A stretch of DNA of 64,000 bases from Acidobacteriota bacterium (GTDB lineage Bacteria; Acidobacteriota; CAIWXX01): the NCBI GenBank assembly GCA_016191015.1, contig JACPPM010000301.1, positions 5,472-69,471 of the forward strand, in the 5' to 3' direction. A program made the position numbers and the translations under genes. This document shows positions 38,541 through 50,203 of this stretch, piece after piece. Under the pieces are notes generated by a model. It saw only the letters and a list, made by a program, of their open reading frames with translations, made no database searches and was not told where the DNA came from. The number at the start of each line of letters is the position of its first letter. Within the stretch, counting starts at the first letter, position 1.

Positions 38541-39923
38541 TCATTGCATGGCCAGCACGAGATCGAGCATGCGCTTGACCCCCCCGACAAAACTGCTCAC
38601 GGCGATCCGCTCGTTATGGGCGTGTCCCAGCTCCTGGTCCTCGGTCAGCTTGAACGGCTCGAACCCGTAGCAGGTGATTCCCAACTTGCGGAAATACACG
38701 GAATCGGTGCTACTCGCCAGGAGCGGAGTGGTGACGAGGGCGCCCTTGTCGTACTGACCGGCGACCCTCGCGATGGCCTTGAAGAGGTCGGTGTTGATGG
38801 GCGAAGAGCTGCTCTCGCCGATCGAGATGGGGCGGATCTCGACCCCTGTGCCTTCGAGCAGTCCCTGGAGCTTGGCCACGAAATCCGTCGGGTTTGCGCC
38901 CGGCAACAATCTGCAATCGAGAGTGGCCGTGGCCTCAGAAGGGATGACGTTCACCTTCGCAATCGGAGTGCTGACGGATGTGAGCGCGATGGTGTTGTGC
39001 AGGATTGACGCGTAGGAGGGCTGTTTCATGATCTCCTGTGCGAAGGTCGGGTCTTTGAGGCTCTCTCGGATGTTTGCGAACTTCATCTTCATAGTCGGTG
39101 TCTGTTGCTTCGCAATATCCGCGAAGAACTTCTCGACAGCCGGCACGACTTCGGTTTGGGGATGGTACTCCGTGATCCTGTTGATTCCGACTACAAGCTT
39201 CTGCAGGGCCGTGGGCTCGAACGGAGGGAACGCTCCGTGCCCCGCCGGACCGCTCGCCTTCAGCTCCAGCCAGCACACCGCCTTCTCCGCAGGGCTCACG
39301 CCGTAATACGAGACACGTCCATCGGGCAAGGTGCGGATGACGCTTCCCTCGTTGATCAGAAACTCGGCCTTTTGGACAAGCTCCGGATGCGCTTTCGTGA
39401 TCCATTCGGCGCCGACGCCAGTCCCGGCCTCCTCGTCCGCGACGGCCAGAAAGATGACGGTCCGGTTGAGCTTCATTCTCGAGCGCTTGAGGATGAGCAT
39501 CGTCATGAGCTGCGCGATTGCCAGGTTCTTTGTGTCGGTCGCCCCCCGTCCCCAGATCTCGCCCTCTTTCAACACGCCGGAAAACGGGTCCTCCTTCCAG
39601 AACTTCTTCTCCGCCGGGACCACATCGATGTGATTCAGCAGGATGAGCGGGCGCTTCTTTCCGCCGGTGTCGATGTACGCGTACAGGTTGCCTCTGCCCG
39701 GCTTGGCCTCGAAGATCGCGCAGCGGATCGCCTCCTTCTCGAGCAGAGACTGCAGATACTTCGCGCCCGCCGTCTCGTTCCCCGGCGGGTTCGTCGTGTC
39801 GATCCTGAGGTACTGTTGGAGATACTCCACGGCCTCTTTCTCGGCGGCCTTCCAGTCCACCTTCGGCGCCGCCCATGCAATGTGCGAGCTCAGAATGATG
39901 AGAATCGTTGCCAGCCTGATCAT
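38541..39923 (-). CDS. Secreted M20-family metallopeptidase (ArgE/DapE/CPG2-like)
   Basis: Signal peptide MIRLATILIILSSHIAWA; HIDVVP and ADEEAG motifs; start trimmed from 40244. Confidence 0.8.
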   Translation of the reverse strand: MIRLATILIILSSHIAWAAPKVDWKAAEKEAVEYLQQYLRIDTTNPPGNETAGAKYLQSLLEKEAIRCAIFEAKPGRGNLYAYIDTGGKKRPLILLNHIDVVPAEKKFWKEDPFSGVLKEGEIWGRGATDTKNLAIAQLMTMLILKRSRMKLNRTVIFLAVADEEAGTGVGAEWITKAHPELVQKAEFLINEGSVIRTLPDGRVSYYGVSPAEKAVCWLELKASGPAGHGAFPPFEPTALQKLVVGINRITEYHPQTEVVPAVEKFFADIAKQQTPTMKMKFANIRESLKDPTFAQEIMKQPSYASILHNTIALTSVSTPIAKVNVIPSEATATLDCRLLPGANPTDFVAKLQGLLEGTGVEIRPISIGESSSSPINTDLFKAIARVAGQYDKGALVTTPLLASSTDSVYFRKLGITCYGFEPFKLTEDQELGHAHNERIAVSSFVGGVKRMLDLVLAMQ

Positions 39924-40396
39924 GTGATTTCTCCAGGGAATGTGCTTCGCCTCTCTGCGCTGACCATCGGGCCCCGAGGCTCGTCGACCCACGGAACCCC
40001 CCGACCTCTCCCGAAAACGCTTAGCTGCTGGTCCTGACCCGGTTCGTGCCTGTCCGGCGGCTCCAACGGTGTCCAGATTATAGCTGTCGCTACTTCCCAA
40101 GGGAAGTGACGACCGAGCGACCCTCGCGATGGGGGGCCGAGGCGGGAAGCGGGGTCCGGCGAGTTTCTTCCGATCCCCCGCCGCAGATTGCGCCGACCGG
40201 CCAGCCCTTTCAGCGACCAGGAACCGAGCTCGCCCTGGCATCAACTCCGTTCAATCGGGAAACCTGCGAGTCGATCTGTGATATCTTCGGTTTGCGGGAA
40301 GATGGGCGGTGCGCTGCCGATTCTTTTCTGTTGACAGTCCCCCCTGCCTGTATTATCCTTCGATTTTGCGCTCTGGCTTTGGAGAGAACAGGAGTT

Positions 40397-40837
40397 ATGA
40401 AGACATATTTCCCGAAAGATGGGGACGTGAAGCTCGGCTGGAAACTACTGAACGCCGAAAACGTTGTGCTCGGAAGGCTCGCCACAGTTGCAGCGCGCAT
40501 CCTGTTGGGGAAAGACAAGCCGCAGTACACGCCCTTTCTCGCTGTGGGCGACGGGGTGATCATCGTCAATGCCGACAAGATCAAAGTGACCGGCAAGAAG
40601 TTGACGGACAAGAAGTACTATCACTACAGTGGTTACCCGGGGGGCATGAAAGAGACGAGCCTGGAGGCTCTCTTCGCCCAATCGCCGGCCAAGGTCGTGG
40701 AAGAGGCGATTTACGGAATGTTGCCGAAGAACAAGCTTGGCAAGCAGCTCCGGACTCGCATCAAAGTCTACACCGGCTCGGATCATCCCCACGCAGCCCA
40801 GACACCGGAGCCGGTTGCGCTCCCGACCCGATACTAG
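40397..40837 (+). CDS. rplM: 50S ribosomal protein L13
   Basis: MKTYFPKDGDVKLGWKLLNAENVVLGRLAT. Confidence 0.95.
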   Translation: MKTYFPKDGDVKLGWKLLNAENVVLGRLATVAARILLGKDKPQYTPFLAVGDGVIIVNADKIKVTGKKLTDKKYYHYSGYPGGMKETSLEALFAQSPAKVVEEAIYGMLPKNKLGKQLRTRIKVYTGSDHPHAAQTPEPVALPTRY

Positions 40838-40849
40838 GAGGAGATCAGT

Positions 40850-41242
40850 TTGGCTAGGATAGAATACAACGGTATTGGACGGCGAAAGTCCTCGACTGCC
40901 AGGATATGGCTGCGGCCCGGTAAGGGAGTTTTCACGGTCAACAATCGCCCGTTCGACGAGTACTTCGTGACGCCGAGTCAGAAGATGTCCGTGAAGCAGC
41001 CTTTGCTGCTCACCGAGACCGTCGACAAGTTTGACATTCTCGCGCTCTGCGACGGCGGCGGTGTAACGGGGCAGGCCGGTGCAATGCGCCTTGGGATTGC
41101 CAACGCGCTGGTCTCGTTCAACACCGAGCTGCGCAAGAAATTGAAGAAAGCCGGGTTCCTCACCAGGGACAGCCGGTCGAAGGAACGGAAGAAATACGGG
41201 CAGAAGGGTGCCCGGAAGCGCTTCCAGTTCTCCAAGCGGTAA
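40850..41242 (+). CDS. rpsI: 30S ribosomal protein S9
   Basis: [19 protein letters not shown]...KRFQFSKR. Confidence 0.95.
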   Translation: MARIEYNGIGRRKSSTARIWLRPGKGVFTVNNRPFDEYFVTPSQKMSVKQPLLLTETVDKFDILALCDGGGVTGQAGAMRLGIANALVSFNTELRKKLKKAGFLTRDSRSKERKKYGQKGARKRFQFSKR

Positions 41243-41253
41243 TCAAAGGAGGT

Positions 41254-42084
41254 TTGTCCTTGTCGTCTGTCACGATGAAAGAGCTGCTGGAAGCCGGAGT
41301 CCACTTCGGTCATCAGACCAAGAAGTGGAATCCCAAGATGAAGGAATATATTTTCGGCGAGCGCAACGGGATCTACATCATCGACTTGAAGAAAACCCTG
41401 GCGCTCTTCAAGACCGCATGCAACTTCACCTTGGATCTGGCCTCGCACGGTGGGCGGCTCCTCTTTATCGGTACGAAGCGGCAGGCCAAGGACATCATCG
41501 CGGAAGAGGCGTCGCGAGCCGCGGCGTTCTACGTCAATCAGCGATGGTTGGGCGGTCTGCTGACTAACTTCTCCACGATTCAGCGTTCGATCGAGCGCCT
41601 CAAGGAGCTCGAGGAGATGAAGAGGGACGGGCGCTGGGAAGAGGTGTTCACGAAGAAGGAACAGACCCGGATGGAGAAGGAGAAGAAGAAACTCGAGAAG
41701 AACCTCGCGGGGATCCGCGATTTGACCGCCCGGCCCGACGCGATCTTCGTGATCGACTCCAAGAAGGAGACGATCGCGATCAGCGAGGCGAGACGGCTCG
41801 GCATCCCCGTCATCGCCGTGGTCGACACCAATTGCGACCCCGAAGACGTCGATTACCCGATCCCGGGCAACGACGACGCGATCCGTGCCATCAAACTCTT
41901 CGTCTCCAAGATCGCCGATTCGATTATCGAAGGCAGGGGCGTCCTCCAGGGGGCGAAGGCCGTCGAGGAGAAGATCGCAGCAGATGAGGAAGCCGGCGGG
42001 ACAAATGTGCCGTCGGATCTGGCCGGTGTCGGGGCGATGTCGCCTGCGGGCTCAGCAGCTCACACTGCGCACGCCCGCGTCTAG
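41254..42084 (+). CDS. rpsB: 30S ribosomal protein S2
   Basis: [22 protein letters not shown]; start is either TTG 41254 or ATG 41275. Confidence 0.95.
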   Translation: MSLSSVTMKELLEAGVHFGHQTKKWNPKMKEYIFGERNGIYIIDLKKTLALFKTACNFTLDLASHGGRLLFIGTKRQAKDIIAEEASRAAAFYVNQRWLGGLLTNFSTIQRSIERLKELEEMKRDGRWEEVFTKKEQTRMEKEKKKLEKNLAGIRDLTARPDAIFVIDSKKETIAISEARRLGIPVIAVVDTNCDPEDVDYPIPGNDDAIRAIKLFVSKIADSIIEGRGVLQGAKAVEEKIAADEEAGGTNVPSDLAGVGAMSPAGSAAHTAHARV

Positions 42085-42189
42085 CCGTCACGAGAGGAGG
42101 TGCCGGTTCGCGGCATCGCCTGCGTGAGCACAAGAGCTTTGTTCGGTGTTCAACGGGAACACCGCTGATTTGCAGGAAGAGGTAGGAAC

Positions 42190-42789
42190 ATGGAGATTAC
42201 GTCTGGAATGGTCAAGGACCTCCGTGAACGCACCGGGCTCGGAATCATGGAGTGCAAGATGGCCCTCGGTGAGACCAAGGGCGACATGGAAGAAGCGATT
42301 GTGTACCTGAGGAAACGCGGGCTGAAGATCGCGGAAAAGAAGTCCGGCCGGACGACCTCTGAGGGAGTCATCGGAGCCTACATTCATGCTGGCGGCAAGA
42401 TCGGGGTCATGGTGGAGGTGAACTGCGAGAGCGATTTCGTGGCGAAGAACACGGATTTCGCATCGCTGGTCAAGGACATAGCGATGCACATTGCGGCTTC
42501 CGATCCGCGGTTCATCGCCAAGGAGGATGTCACCGAGCAGGTTCTGGCACGCGAGCGGGAGATCATCGCCGAGCAGCTGAAGAGCTCCGGCAAACCCCCC
42601 GACATGATCCCCAAGATCGTTGAGGGGAAGCTGCAGAGCTATTACTCCGAAGTGTGTCTGCTCGAGCAGCCGTTCGTGAAGGACCAGGCCCTCAAGGTGA
42701 GGGACGTGCTGGCGGCCTTTATCGCGAAGAGCGGTGAGAATGTCACCATTCGGCGCTTCACGCGTTATCGGATGGGTGAGGACGTCTAA
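42190..42789 (+). CDS. tsf: Elongation factor Ts (short form)
   Basis: [19 protein letters not shown]. Confidence 0.95.
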   Translation: MEITSGMVKDLRERTGLGIMECKMALGETKGDMEEAIVYLRKRGLKIAEKKSGRTTSEGVIGAYIHAGGKIGVMVEVNCESDFVAKNTDFASLVKDIAMHIAASDPRFIAKEDVTEQVLAREREIIAEQLKSSGKPPDMIPKIVEGKLQSYYSEVCLLEQPFVKDQALKVRDVLAAFIAKSGENVTIRRFTRYRMGEDV

Positions 42790-42824
42790 TTGGTCTGGAC
42801 TCCGTCGGAGCGGGACAGCCGATA

Positions 42825-43547
42825 ATGGCCGAGAGCGCGACCGCCGTCTACAAACGGATCCTCCTAAAACTGTCCGGCGAGGCGCTGATCGGGGAGAGAG
42901 GCTACGGCATCGATTCTGCGATGACACAGTCGATCGCGGGAGAGATCCGCGAGGTCAGGGAGCTCGGCACCGAGGTTGCGATCGTCATCGGCGGAGGCAA
43001 CATTTTTCGTGGCGTAGCCGCCACTGCGGCCGGCATGGAGCGCGTCGCGGGGGATCACATGGGCATGTTGGCGACGGTCATCAACGGTATCGCCCTCCAG
43101 GATGCGCTCGAGAAACAGAATGTCTTCACGCGCCTCATGACCGCCATCGAGATGCGCGAGGTCGCGGAACCCTACATCAGAAGACGCGCGGTGAGACACC
43201 TCGAAAAGGGCCGTGTGGTCATTCTCGCGGGCGGCACGGGCAATCCGTATTTCACGACCGATACTGCCGCGGCGCTGCGCGCGATGGAGATCAAGGCTGA
43301 AGCGATCCTGAAGGCGACCCGAGTTGATGGCGTCTACACGGCCGATCCGAAGCTCGACAAGACTGCAATGAAGATCGACCAGATCAGCCATCTCGATGTC
43401 CTCAAGCGAGGGCTAAAGGTCATGGATGCCACCGCCATCTCGCTTTGTATGGACAACCAACTCCCCATTCGTGTCTTCGATCTGCGGGTTCGAGGGAACA
43501 TTCTCAGAATCGTGCGCGGCGAGCCGATCGGCTCGTCAGTGTCTTGA
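42825..43547 (+). CDS. pyrH: UMP kinase
   Basis: [12 protein letters not shown]...GGGNIFRG. Confidence 0.95.
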   Translation: MAESATAVYKRILLKLSGEALIGERGYGIDSAMTQSIAGEIREVRELGTEVAIVIGGGNIFRGVAATAAGMERVAGDHMGMLATVINGIALQDALEKQNVFTRLMTAIEMREVAEPYIRRRAVRHLEKGRVVILAGGTGNPYFTTDTAAALRAMEIKAEAILKATRVDGVYTADPKLDKTAMKIDQISHLDVLKRGLKVMDATAISLCMDNQLPIRVFDLRVRGNILRIVRGEPIGSSVS

Positions 43548-43548
43548 T

Positions 43549-43668
43549 CAGCCATTAGCCCTTAGCTCCGGACCGGACTTGCGCGTGAGCACGAAATAGA
43601 TGGCGGGCGAACACATGTTGCGCCTCTGCGCTAAAGGATAACGGCTACGGGCTAATCGCTGACGGCTG
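43549..43668. repeat. Extragenic palindrome, TTAGCC type (copy F), 2 bp after the pyrH stop
   Basis: cagccattagcccttagctccgg ... taacggctacgggctaatcgctgacggctg. Confidence 0.8.
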
Positions 43669-43748
43669 CTTCGCCGCCGTCCGCGGTTTTGTCCGCACGC
43701 GCGCCCCTGTGATAGAATCTCATTTCTTCTGCAGACGAGGAGGCGGAA

Positions 43749-44303
43749 ATGAAGGACGTCATCACCAGGAACAAGGCCAGGATGGAGCAGTCCATTGACG
43801 TGTTCAAACGTGAGCTGGCCGGGGTGCGGAGCGGCCGGGCGACAATCAGCATTCTCGACGGGATTCACGTCGAATACTACGGGACAATGACGCCGCTGAA
43901 TCAGGTGGCGACTCTGCAGGCTCCCGATGCCAATCTCCTGACCGCCCAGCCCTGGGACCTCAGCCTTCTCGCCGCGATCGAAAAGGCGATCCGCAAGAGC
44001 GATCTGGACCTGAATCCGGCCAACGATGGAAAGGTCATCAAAATCCCCATCCCGCCGCTCAACGAAGAACGCCGGCAGAAGCTGATCAAGCACATCCACA
44101 AGCTCGCAGAGGACTCGCGCAACGGTCTCCGTATGATCCGCCGGGATGCAAACGAGGAGATCAAGAAACTCGAAAAAGAGAAGAAGATCAGCCAGGATGA
44201 CGAGCGTCGCGGTCTCGAGCAGATCCAGAAACTCACCGACGACCACACCACCAGGATCGAAGAGCTGCTCAAGAAGAAGGAACAGGATCTCAAGACTGTT
44301 TAG
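43749..44303 (+). CDS. frr: Ribosome recycling factor
   Basis: Full-length Frr similarity. Confidence 0.95.
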   Translation: MKDVITRNKARMEQSIDVFKRELAGVRSGRATISILDGIHVEYYGTMTPLNQVATLQAPDANLLTAQPWDLSLLAAIEKAIRKSDLDLNPANDGKVIKIPIPPLNEERRQKLIKHIHKLAEDSRNGLRMIRRDANEEIKKLEKEKKISQDDERRGLEQIQKLTDDHTTRIEELLKKKEQDLKTV

Positions 44304-44305
44304 AG

Positions 44306-44455
44306 CTGGCAGCCGTTAGCCCGAAGCGTCTGGTTCGGAGACTCTGGGCGAACGGATACGGGCTCTGCTGGCATTCCCGCTGCAGCGAGAGGGCCGCCGT
44401 TACAGGTCCGGTCCGGAGCTAATAGCTAACGGCTGATAGCTAATGGCTAACCAGC
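44306..44455. repeat. Extragenic palindrome, TTAGCC type (copy G), 3 bp after the frr stop
   Basis: ctggcagccgttagcccgaagc ... ggagctaatagctaacggctgatagctaatggctaaccagc. The right arm overlaps the 3' end of the convergent gene. Confidence 0.8.
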
Positions 44456-45403
44456 TACCGGTTTCGGAGCGAACCACGGCTGGCCCGTACCGAACTTGGT
44501 CGCGAGGGTCGCGCCCATGCCGATGATTCCGAGGATCGTCCAGATCAACCAGCCGATGACAGGCAGGAACTGGACGAGGCCGAGTAGGGAGAGGCCTGCC
44601 AGCACGGCCAGCACGTCGGAATTCGCATCCCAGCGCAGGGCGTTGAGGATCCTCGTACCACAAAAGTAGTAAATAGAGACATTCCCGAAAACTTTGATGA
44701 GGACGGCGAAGACGCTCAGGAGCAGGAGCAGAGGGATTCCGACGAGGACGAGACAGAGGAGGGCGAGCAGAACGACCATGACGATCAGGGCCATGAACCA
44801 GAGGAAGCCGACGAGGGCAAATCGCCCGAAATGCGCCGGGATCTCCGAGGCCGTGTGGCGGATCTGAACCGGAAACGCCAGGACGACAGCGGCGGCGATC
44901 AGGAACCAGGTGAAGAGCATGATGATTCGAATGCCGACCACGAGCGGCGTCCAGCTCTGTTTCAGCGGATCGAAGGAGACCGCCTTGATGACCCAGTCGC
45001 CGAGCTCTTCAGAGGTCTTGATGTAGACGAATTCCCCCAGGACCCGCGACCCTTCCGCTCTCTGCGGCCTGGGACCGATGCAGACCAGATCACCGCGGAC
45101 GATCGCATGGGGCCCGAGCTTCACATCGGCTCCAACGCCAACGACGTCTCCGTCGGCGGTCCCGTTCAGCTCGAGGCTTCCTCCGATCGCGGCGACAGTC
45201 TTCCGTGCAGTGCCGTCGACGCTGATGTGACCGCCGATGGCCACCAGGTCCTCTTTGGCCTCTTCGCCCGATGCGATGTGGATCTCGCGCTGCAGCGGCT
45301 GCAGCGGCTCGGGACCGACCCTGGCGCGAGCCATCCCCGCCGCCGCCAACACCAGCAGGGCGGCGGCCGGGAGCGTCGGCGCGGGGAAGTGGAAAGCCTT
45401 CAT
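44447..45403 (-). CDS. Membrane protein with an N-terminal beta-helical (bactofilin/DUF4097-like) repeat region and a multi-TM C-terminus
   Basis: Signal peptide, then GxxVxGDxV repeats, then 4-5 TM helices. 4-bp overlap with the upstream anti-sigma gene. Confidence 0.6.
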   Translation of the reverse strand: MKAFHFPAPTLPAAALLVLAAAGMARARVGPEPLQPLQREIHIASGEEAKEDLVAIGGHISVDGTARKTVAAIGGSLELNGTADGDVVGVGADVKLGPHAIVRGDLVCIGPRPQRAEGSRVLGEFVYIKTSEELGDWVIKAVSFDPLKQSWTPLVVGIRIIMLFTWFLIAAAVVLAFPVQIRHTASEIPAHFGRFALVGFLWFMALIVMVVLLALLCLVLVGIPLLLLLSVFAVLIKVFGNVSIYYFCGTRILNALRWDANSDVLAVLAGLSLLGLVQFLPVIGWLIWTILGIIGMGATLATKFGTGQPWFAPKPVAG

Positions 45404-45963
45404 GCGGCTCGGCCTCGCTGATACGTGCTGATGCTACGCTGGAGGAGAAAGGTGAGACTGGCGGCGAGGAGGACGAGCGCCACGAGGAGCACGGATCCGA
45501 CCCGTGAGAGAATGAGAGCCACCGTGCCCGTCAGGACCACTGCGATATTCGCTCCGATGCGCATGACGATGATCGCCGTGCGGATCACCGAAAGCATCGA
45601 CTCGAGGGATGCCGTGACGGCCGAGGCTGCGCGTGCCCCGATGTCAGCGTCGGTGAGGATGCCCCACGCGATGAGCCCCGTTCCGCTGGCCAGCGTGAGA
45701 AGCGCGAAGACAGCCGATGCGGCCAGCGTGACGCGCCGCGCCACAGGACGATAGGGGTTCAGGTGCGCAAGGACGCGCGACGCGAAATCATGGGGCGGCT
45801 GGACCTGAGGCAGCTCCTCCACTGCCGCAGCGATCTTCTGAAACGTCGCCGTCTGCGCCCGGCAGGGCTCACACACCCGCAGATGTTCAGCGATCTCGTC
45901 CGATCCTGCCAGCTCGCCGTCCACGTAAGCCGAAATCTCAGCCGGGGCCGGATGATGTGTCAC
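45400..45963 (-). CDS. Anti-sigma factor (zf-HC2) with a TM helix
   Basis: HLRVCEPCRA zinc finger; the GTG start overlaps the sigma gene stop (GTGA); start trimmed from 46248. Confidence 0.7.
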   Translation of the reverse strand: MTHHPAPAEISAYVDGELAGSDEIAEHLRVCEPCRAQTATFQKIAAAVEELPQVQPPHDFASRVLAHLNPYRPVARRVTLAASAVFALLTLASGTGLIAWGILTDADIGARAASAVTASLESMLSVIRTAIIVMRIGANIAVVLTGTVALILSRVGSVLLVALVLLAASLTFLLQRSISTYQRGRAA

Positions 45964-46538
45964 AGTATCCCCTCCAGACTGGCTCGCAGCATCTCCCTCG
46001 CCCTGAACAGGCGATTCTTGACGGTCCCGAGCGGGATTGAGCAGATCCGCGCCATCTCCTCGTAGCTGCAGTCGTTCACATGCCTGAGCACAATGAGCCT
46101 TCGATAGGTGGGAGGCAACCTCATGATGGCCTCCTCGATCCTCTCCTGCTTGTCCGCGAACACCGCATCCCGCTCGCCCATCGCGCTCGGATCCCGGATC
46201 TCGATCGGACGGTTTCCCTCTTCCAGCGACTGCTCGATCGATACCCATCGCGGCTCTTTCTTCCGCAAGTGGTCAATCAGATGGTTTGAGGCAATCTTGT
46301 AGAGCCATGTGCTGAGCTTGTAGCGTGGATCGTACGAACGCAGCGAGTTGTAAGCCTTGATGAAGACCTCCTGCGCCAGGTCGGTCGACACCTCGTAGTT
46401 CCTCACCATCCGGTAGCAGTAGTTCACAATCGGTCGTTGATAGCGCTGCATGATTCCACCGAATGCCTCCTTGTCGCCCCTCAGCACTCGTTTGACCAGA
46501 TCGTGGTCGCTTTCCCCCCTGTTCGCACTCTCTTTCAC
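45960..46538 (-). CDS. ECF-family RNA polymerase sigma factor
   Basis: Sigma-70 region 2 (YRMVRNYEVSTDLAQEVFIKAY) and region 4 (YEEMARICSIPLGTVKNRL). Confidence 0.85.
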   Translation of the reverse strand: MKESANRGESDHDLVKRVLRGDKEAFGGIMQRYQRPIVNYCYRMVRNYEVSTDLAQEVFIKAYNSLRSYDPRYKLSTWLYKIASNHLIDHLRKKEPRWVSIEQSLEEGNRPIEIRDPSAMGERDAVFADKQERIEEAIMRLPPTYRRLIVLRHVNDCSYEEMARICSIPLGTVKNRLFRAREMLRASLEGIL

Positions 46539-46568
46539 GACGTACTACGGCTGTCGCCGCCCGATGTT

Positions 46569-47201
46569 TCAGCGGCGCTCAATGATTTCGGCCCCGGGAG
46601 CGAGGTCGATCACACCCGCACCGGCGGGGAGTCGCGAGGACCGCTTCTGACCCGAGAGGCGGATCTCGACGCGGTTGCGAAGATCATCGTAGAACAGGAC
46701 CCGGTTGACCGACCCGCTGCTGTCAGCCTCTACATAGAAATCTCCGGGCGCATCCCCGGCTGCGATCATTTGCAGGTGAAGCAGCTCGCTCGGCGCCTTC
46801 TCCGCACGCTCATGATCCGGTGGCAGGATCAGACACTCCGACAGCCGCCGCTGGCCCAGAAGGAATAGGTAGGGCAGAACCCGACTGTCATCGTCGATGG
46901 TGTAGCGCATGAGCTGCCGGTCGGCGGGGATGTAGAATTCCACGGACCCGCCCCTGTACAGGAAGACCTTCTTCTCAGGCTGGAGGTAGTCGAACCTGAG
47001 AATCCCTTCCTTGCGACCAACCGTGAGTTGCCCTTTTTCGATCTTCGCAACGCGGGTGGCCATCGATTCCGTGCGCTGCTCGAAAGCAGCCTGCATGACA
47101 TCCATCTTTGCATAGTACGCGTCAATCCGTGCGACCGCTGCGACGGCGTGGGGATCAGCTGCCAAAAGGAGAGAGATGAAAGCCGCAATCATCCGCATCA
47201 T
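46569..47201 (-). CDS. LolA-like outer-membrane lipoprotein carrier / DUF4367-like periplasmic protein
   Basis: Signal peptide and LolA-like beta-barrel sequence pattern; sits upstream of the ECF sigma gene. Confidence 0.55.
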   Translation of the reverse strand: MMRMIAAFISLLLAADPHAVAAVARIDAYYAKMDVMQAAFEQRTESMATRVAKIEKGQLTVGRKEGILRFDYLQPEKKVFLYRGGSVEFYIPADRQLMRYTIDDDSRVLPYLFLLGQRRLSECLILPPDHERAEKAPSELLHLQMIAAGDAPGDFYVEADSSGSVNRVLFYDDLRNRVEIRLSGQKRSSRLPAGAGVIDLAPGAEIIERR

Positions 47202-47508
47202 TGTATCACGCGCTCACAAGTCGACTCCAACCCTTCGGCGCGTCTACGACGATGATGCTGGTCGTGCTGCGATAGCTGCCCGGCAACAGTCGGCCTCGAC
47301 AGAACCAGATACACCGCCACCGAAGCGATCTTCTACGCCGAGTCTGCTTCGAGTATGGGACCGAACCTCTACGACGCTGTCTGATTTCCTACGTTTCGAC
47401 CTGCAGGCGCCTATCCACTGTAAGTGTAAATTTTTCAATACTTTGCCTAATCAGAGCCCGAATAGGCTTGCGCACAAAGCTTGAGCCTTAACCACTAAGA
47501 TTTTATGC

Positions 47509-47538
47509 TTGACAAGTGCTCATTGGAGGTCTATATTT
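47509..47538 (+). promoter_or_regulatory. Putative sigma-70 promoter for groES-groEL
   Basis: TTGACA-18nt-TATATT sits 33 bp upstream of a perfect AAGGAGG SD. No CIRCE inverted repeat was seen. Confidence 0.5.
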
Positions 47539-47570
47539 CGTCTGGCTATTTTTTGTAAGGAGGTAATGAG

Positions 47571-49515
<1,945 letters not shown>

Positions 49516-49546
49516 TCCGGCCCCCGGTTTTCGGTTCGATCGAGCA

Positions 49547-49580
49547 GGCGGGAGGGCCACGCGGCTCTCCCGCCGTTTTT
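49547..49580 (+). terminator. Rho-independent terminator after groEL
   Basis: ggcgggagggccacgcggctctcccgcc followed by gttttt. Confidence 0.6.
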
Positions 49581-49627
49581 CCTTCAGCGATCTGCGGGGA
49601 ATCCGGTATCGGACCCAACGAGGACTC

Positions 49628-49996
49628 GTGAATCGCAAAGCATTCGAACGAATGGTTGCGGACGCAATCTCGGAAATACCCGACGAGCTACGCGACCGGC
49701 TCGAGAACGTCGAGATCGTGATCGAAGACGAGCCTGATCCAGCACTTCTCGAGGATATGGGGCTCGATCCTGATGAGGATACGCTCCTGGGCCTCTATCA
49801 GGGCGTGCCCCTCACACAACGAACATCACAATACGGCCTGGTCCTCCCCGACAAGATCAGCATTTACCAGTTCCCCATAGAGGACAGCTGCGAGACGCTC
49901 GCCCAGATGAAGCTCGAGGTTCAGCGGACCGTCGTCCACGAGATCGCACACCACTTCGGAATCAGCGACGAGAGGCTCGAAGAGCTCGGATTCTGA
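49628..49996 (+). CDS. Metallopeptidase-family protein (DUF1025, HExxH)
   Basis: TVVHEIAHHFG motif and typical acidic N-terminal half. Confidence 0.7.
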   Translation: MNRKAFERMVADAISEIPDELRDRLENVEIVIEDEPDPALLEDMGLDPDEDTLLGLYQGVPLTQRTSQYGLVLPDKISIYQFPIEDSCETLAQMKLEVQRTVVHEIAHHFGISDERLEELGF

Positions 49997-50203
49997 GGCC
50001 AGAATAGCGCCTCGCAAGGGGGCGGGGCTCAGCCGCGAGGGTTTTGGAGCCGCGGGAGTGCGGAATCGGGAATCCGTTCCAGCATCGGCTTGACGCCGAT
50101 CATCGCCGAGGCCCCCAGCGCGGTCTGGACAGGAAAAAGGGGAGGCCAGAATGCCTCCCCTCGTAGTCGCGGCGGCCAGCGGCCCTACCGCACAACTTGG
50201 GTC

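Noticed and set aside
38541-39923. Calling the M20 peptidase next to dapF as dapE
   Set aside because: It carries a clear N-terminal signal peptide, whereas DapE is cytoplasmic. Adjacency to dapF is probably coincidental.
47202-47570. CIRCE heat-shock operator upstream of groES
   Set aside because: No TTAGCACTC-N9-GAGTGCTAA-like dyad was found, only a sigma-70-like promoter.
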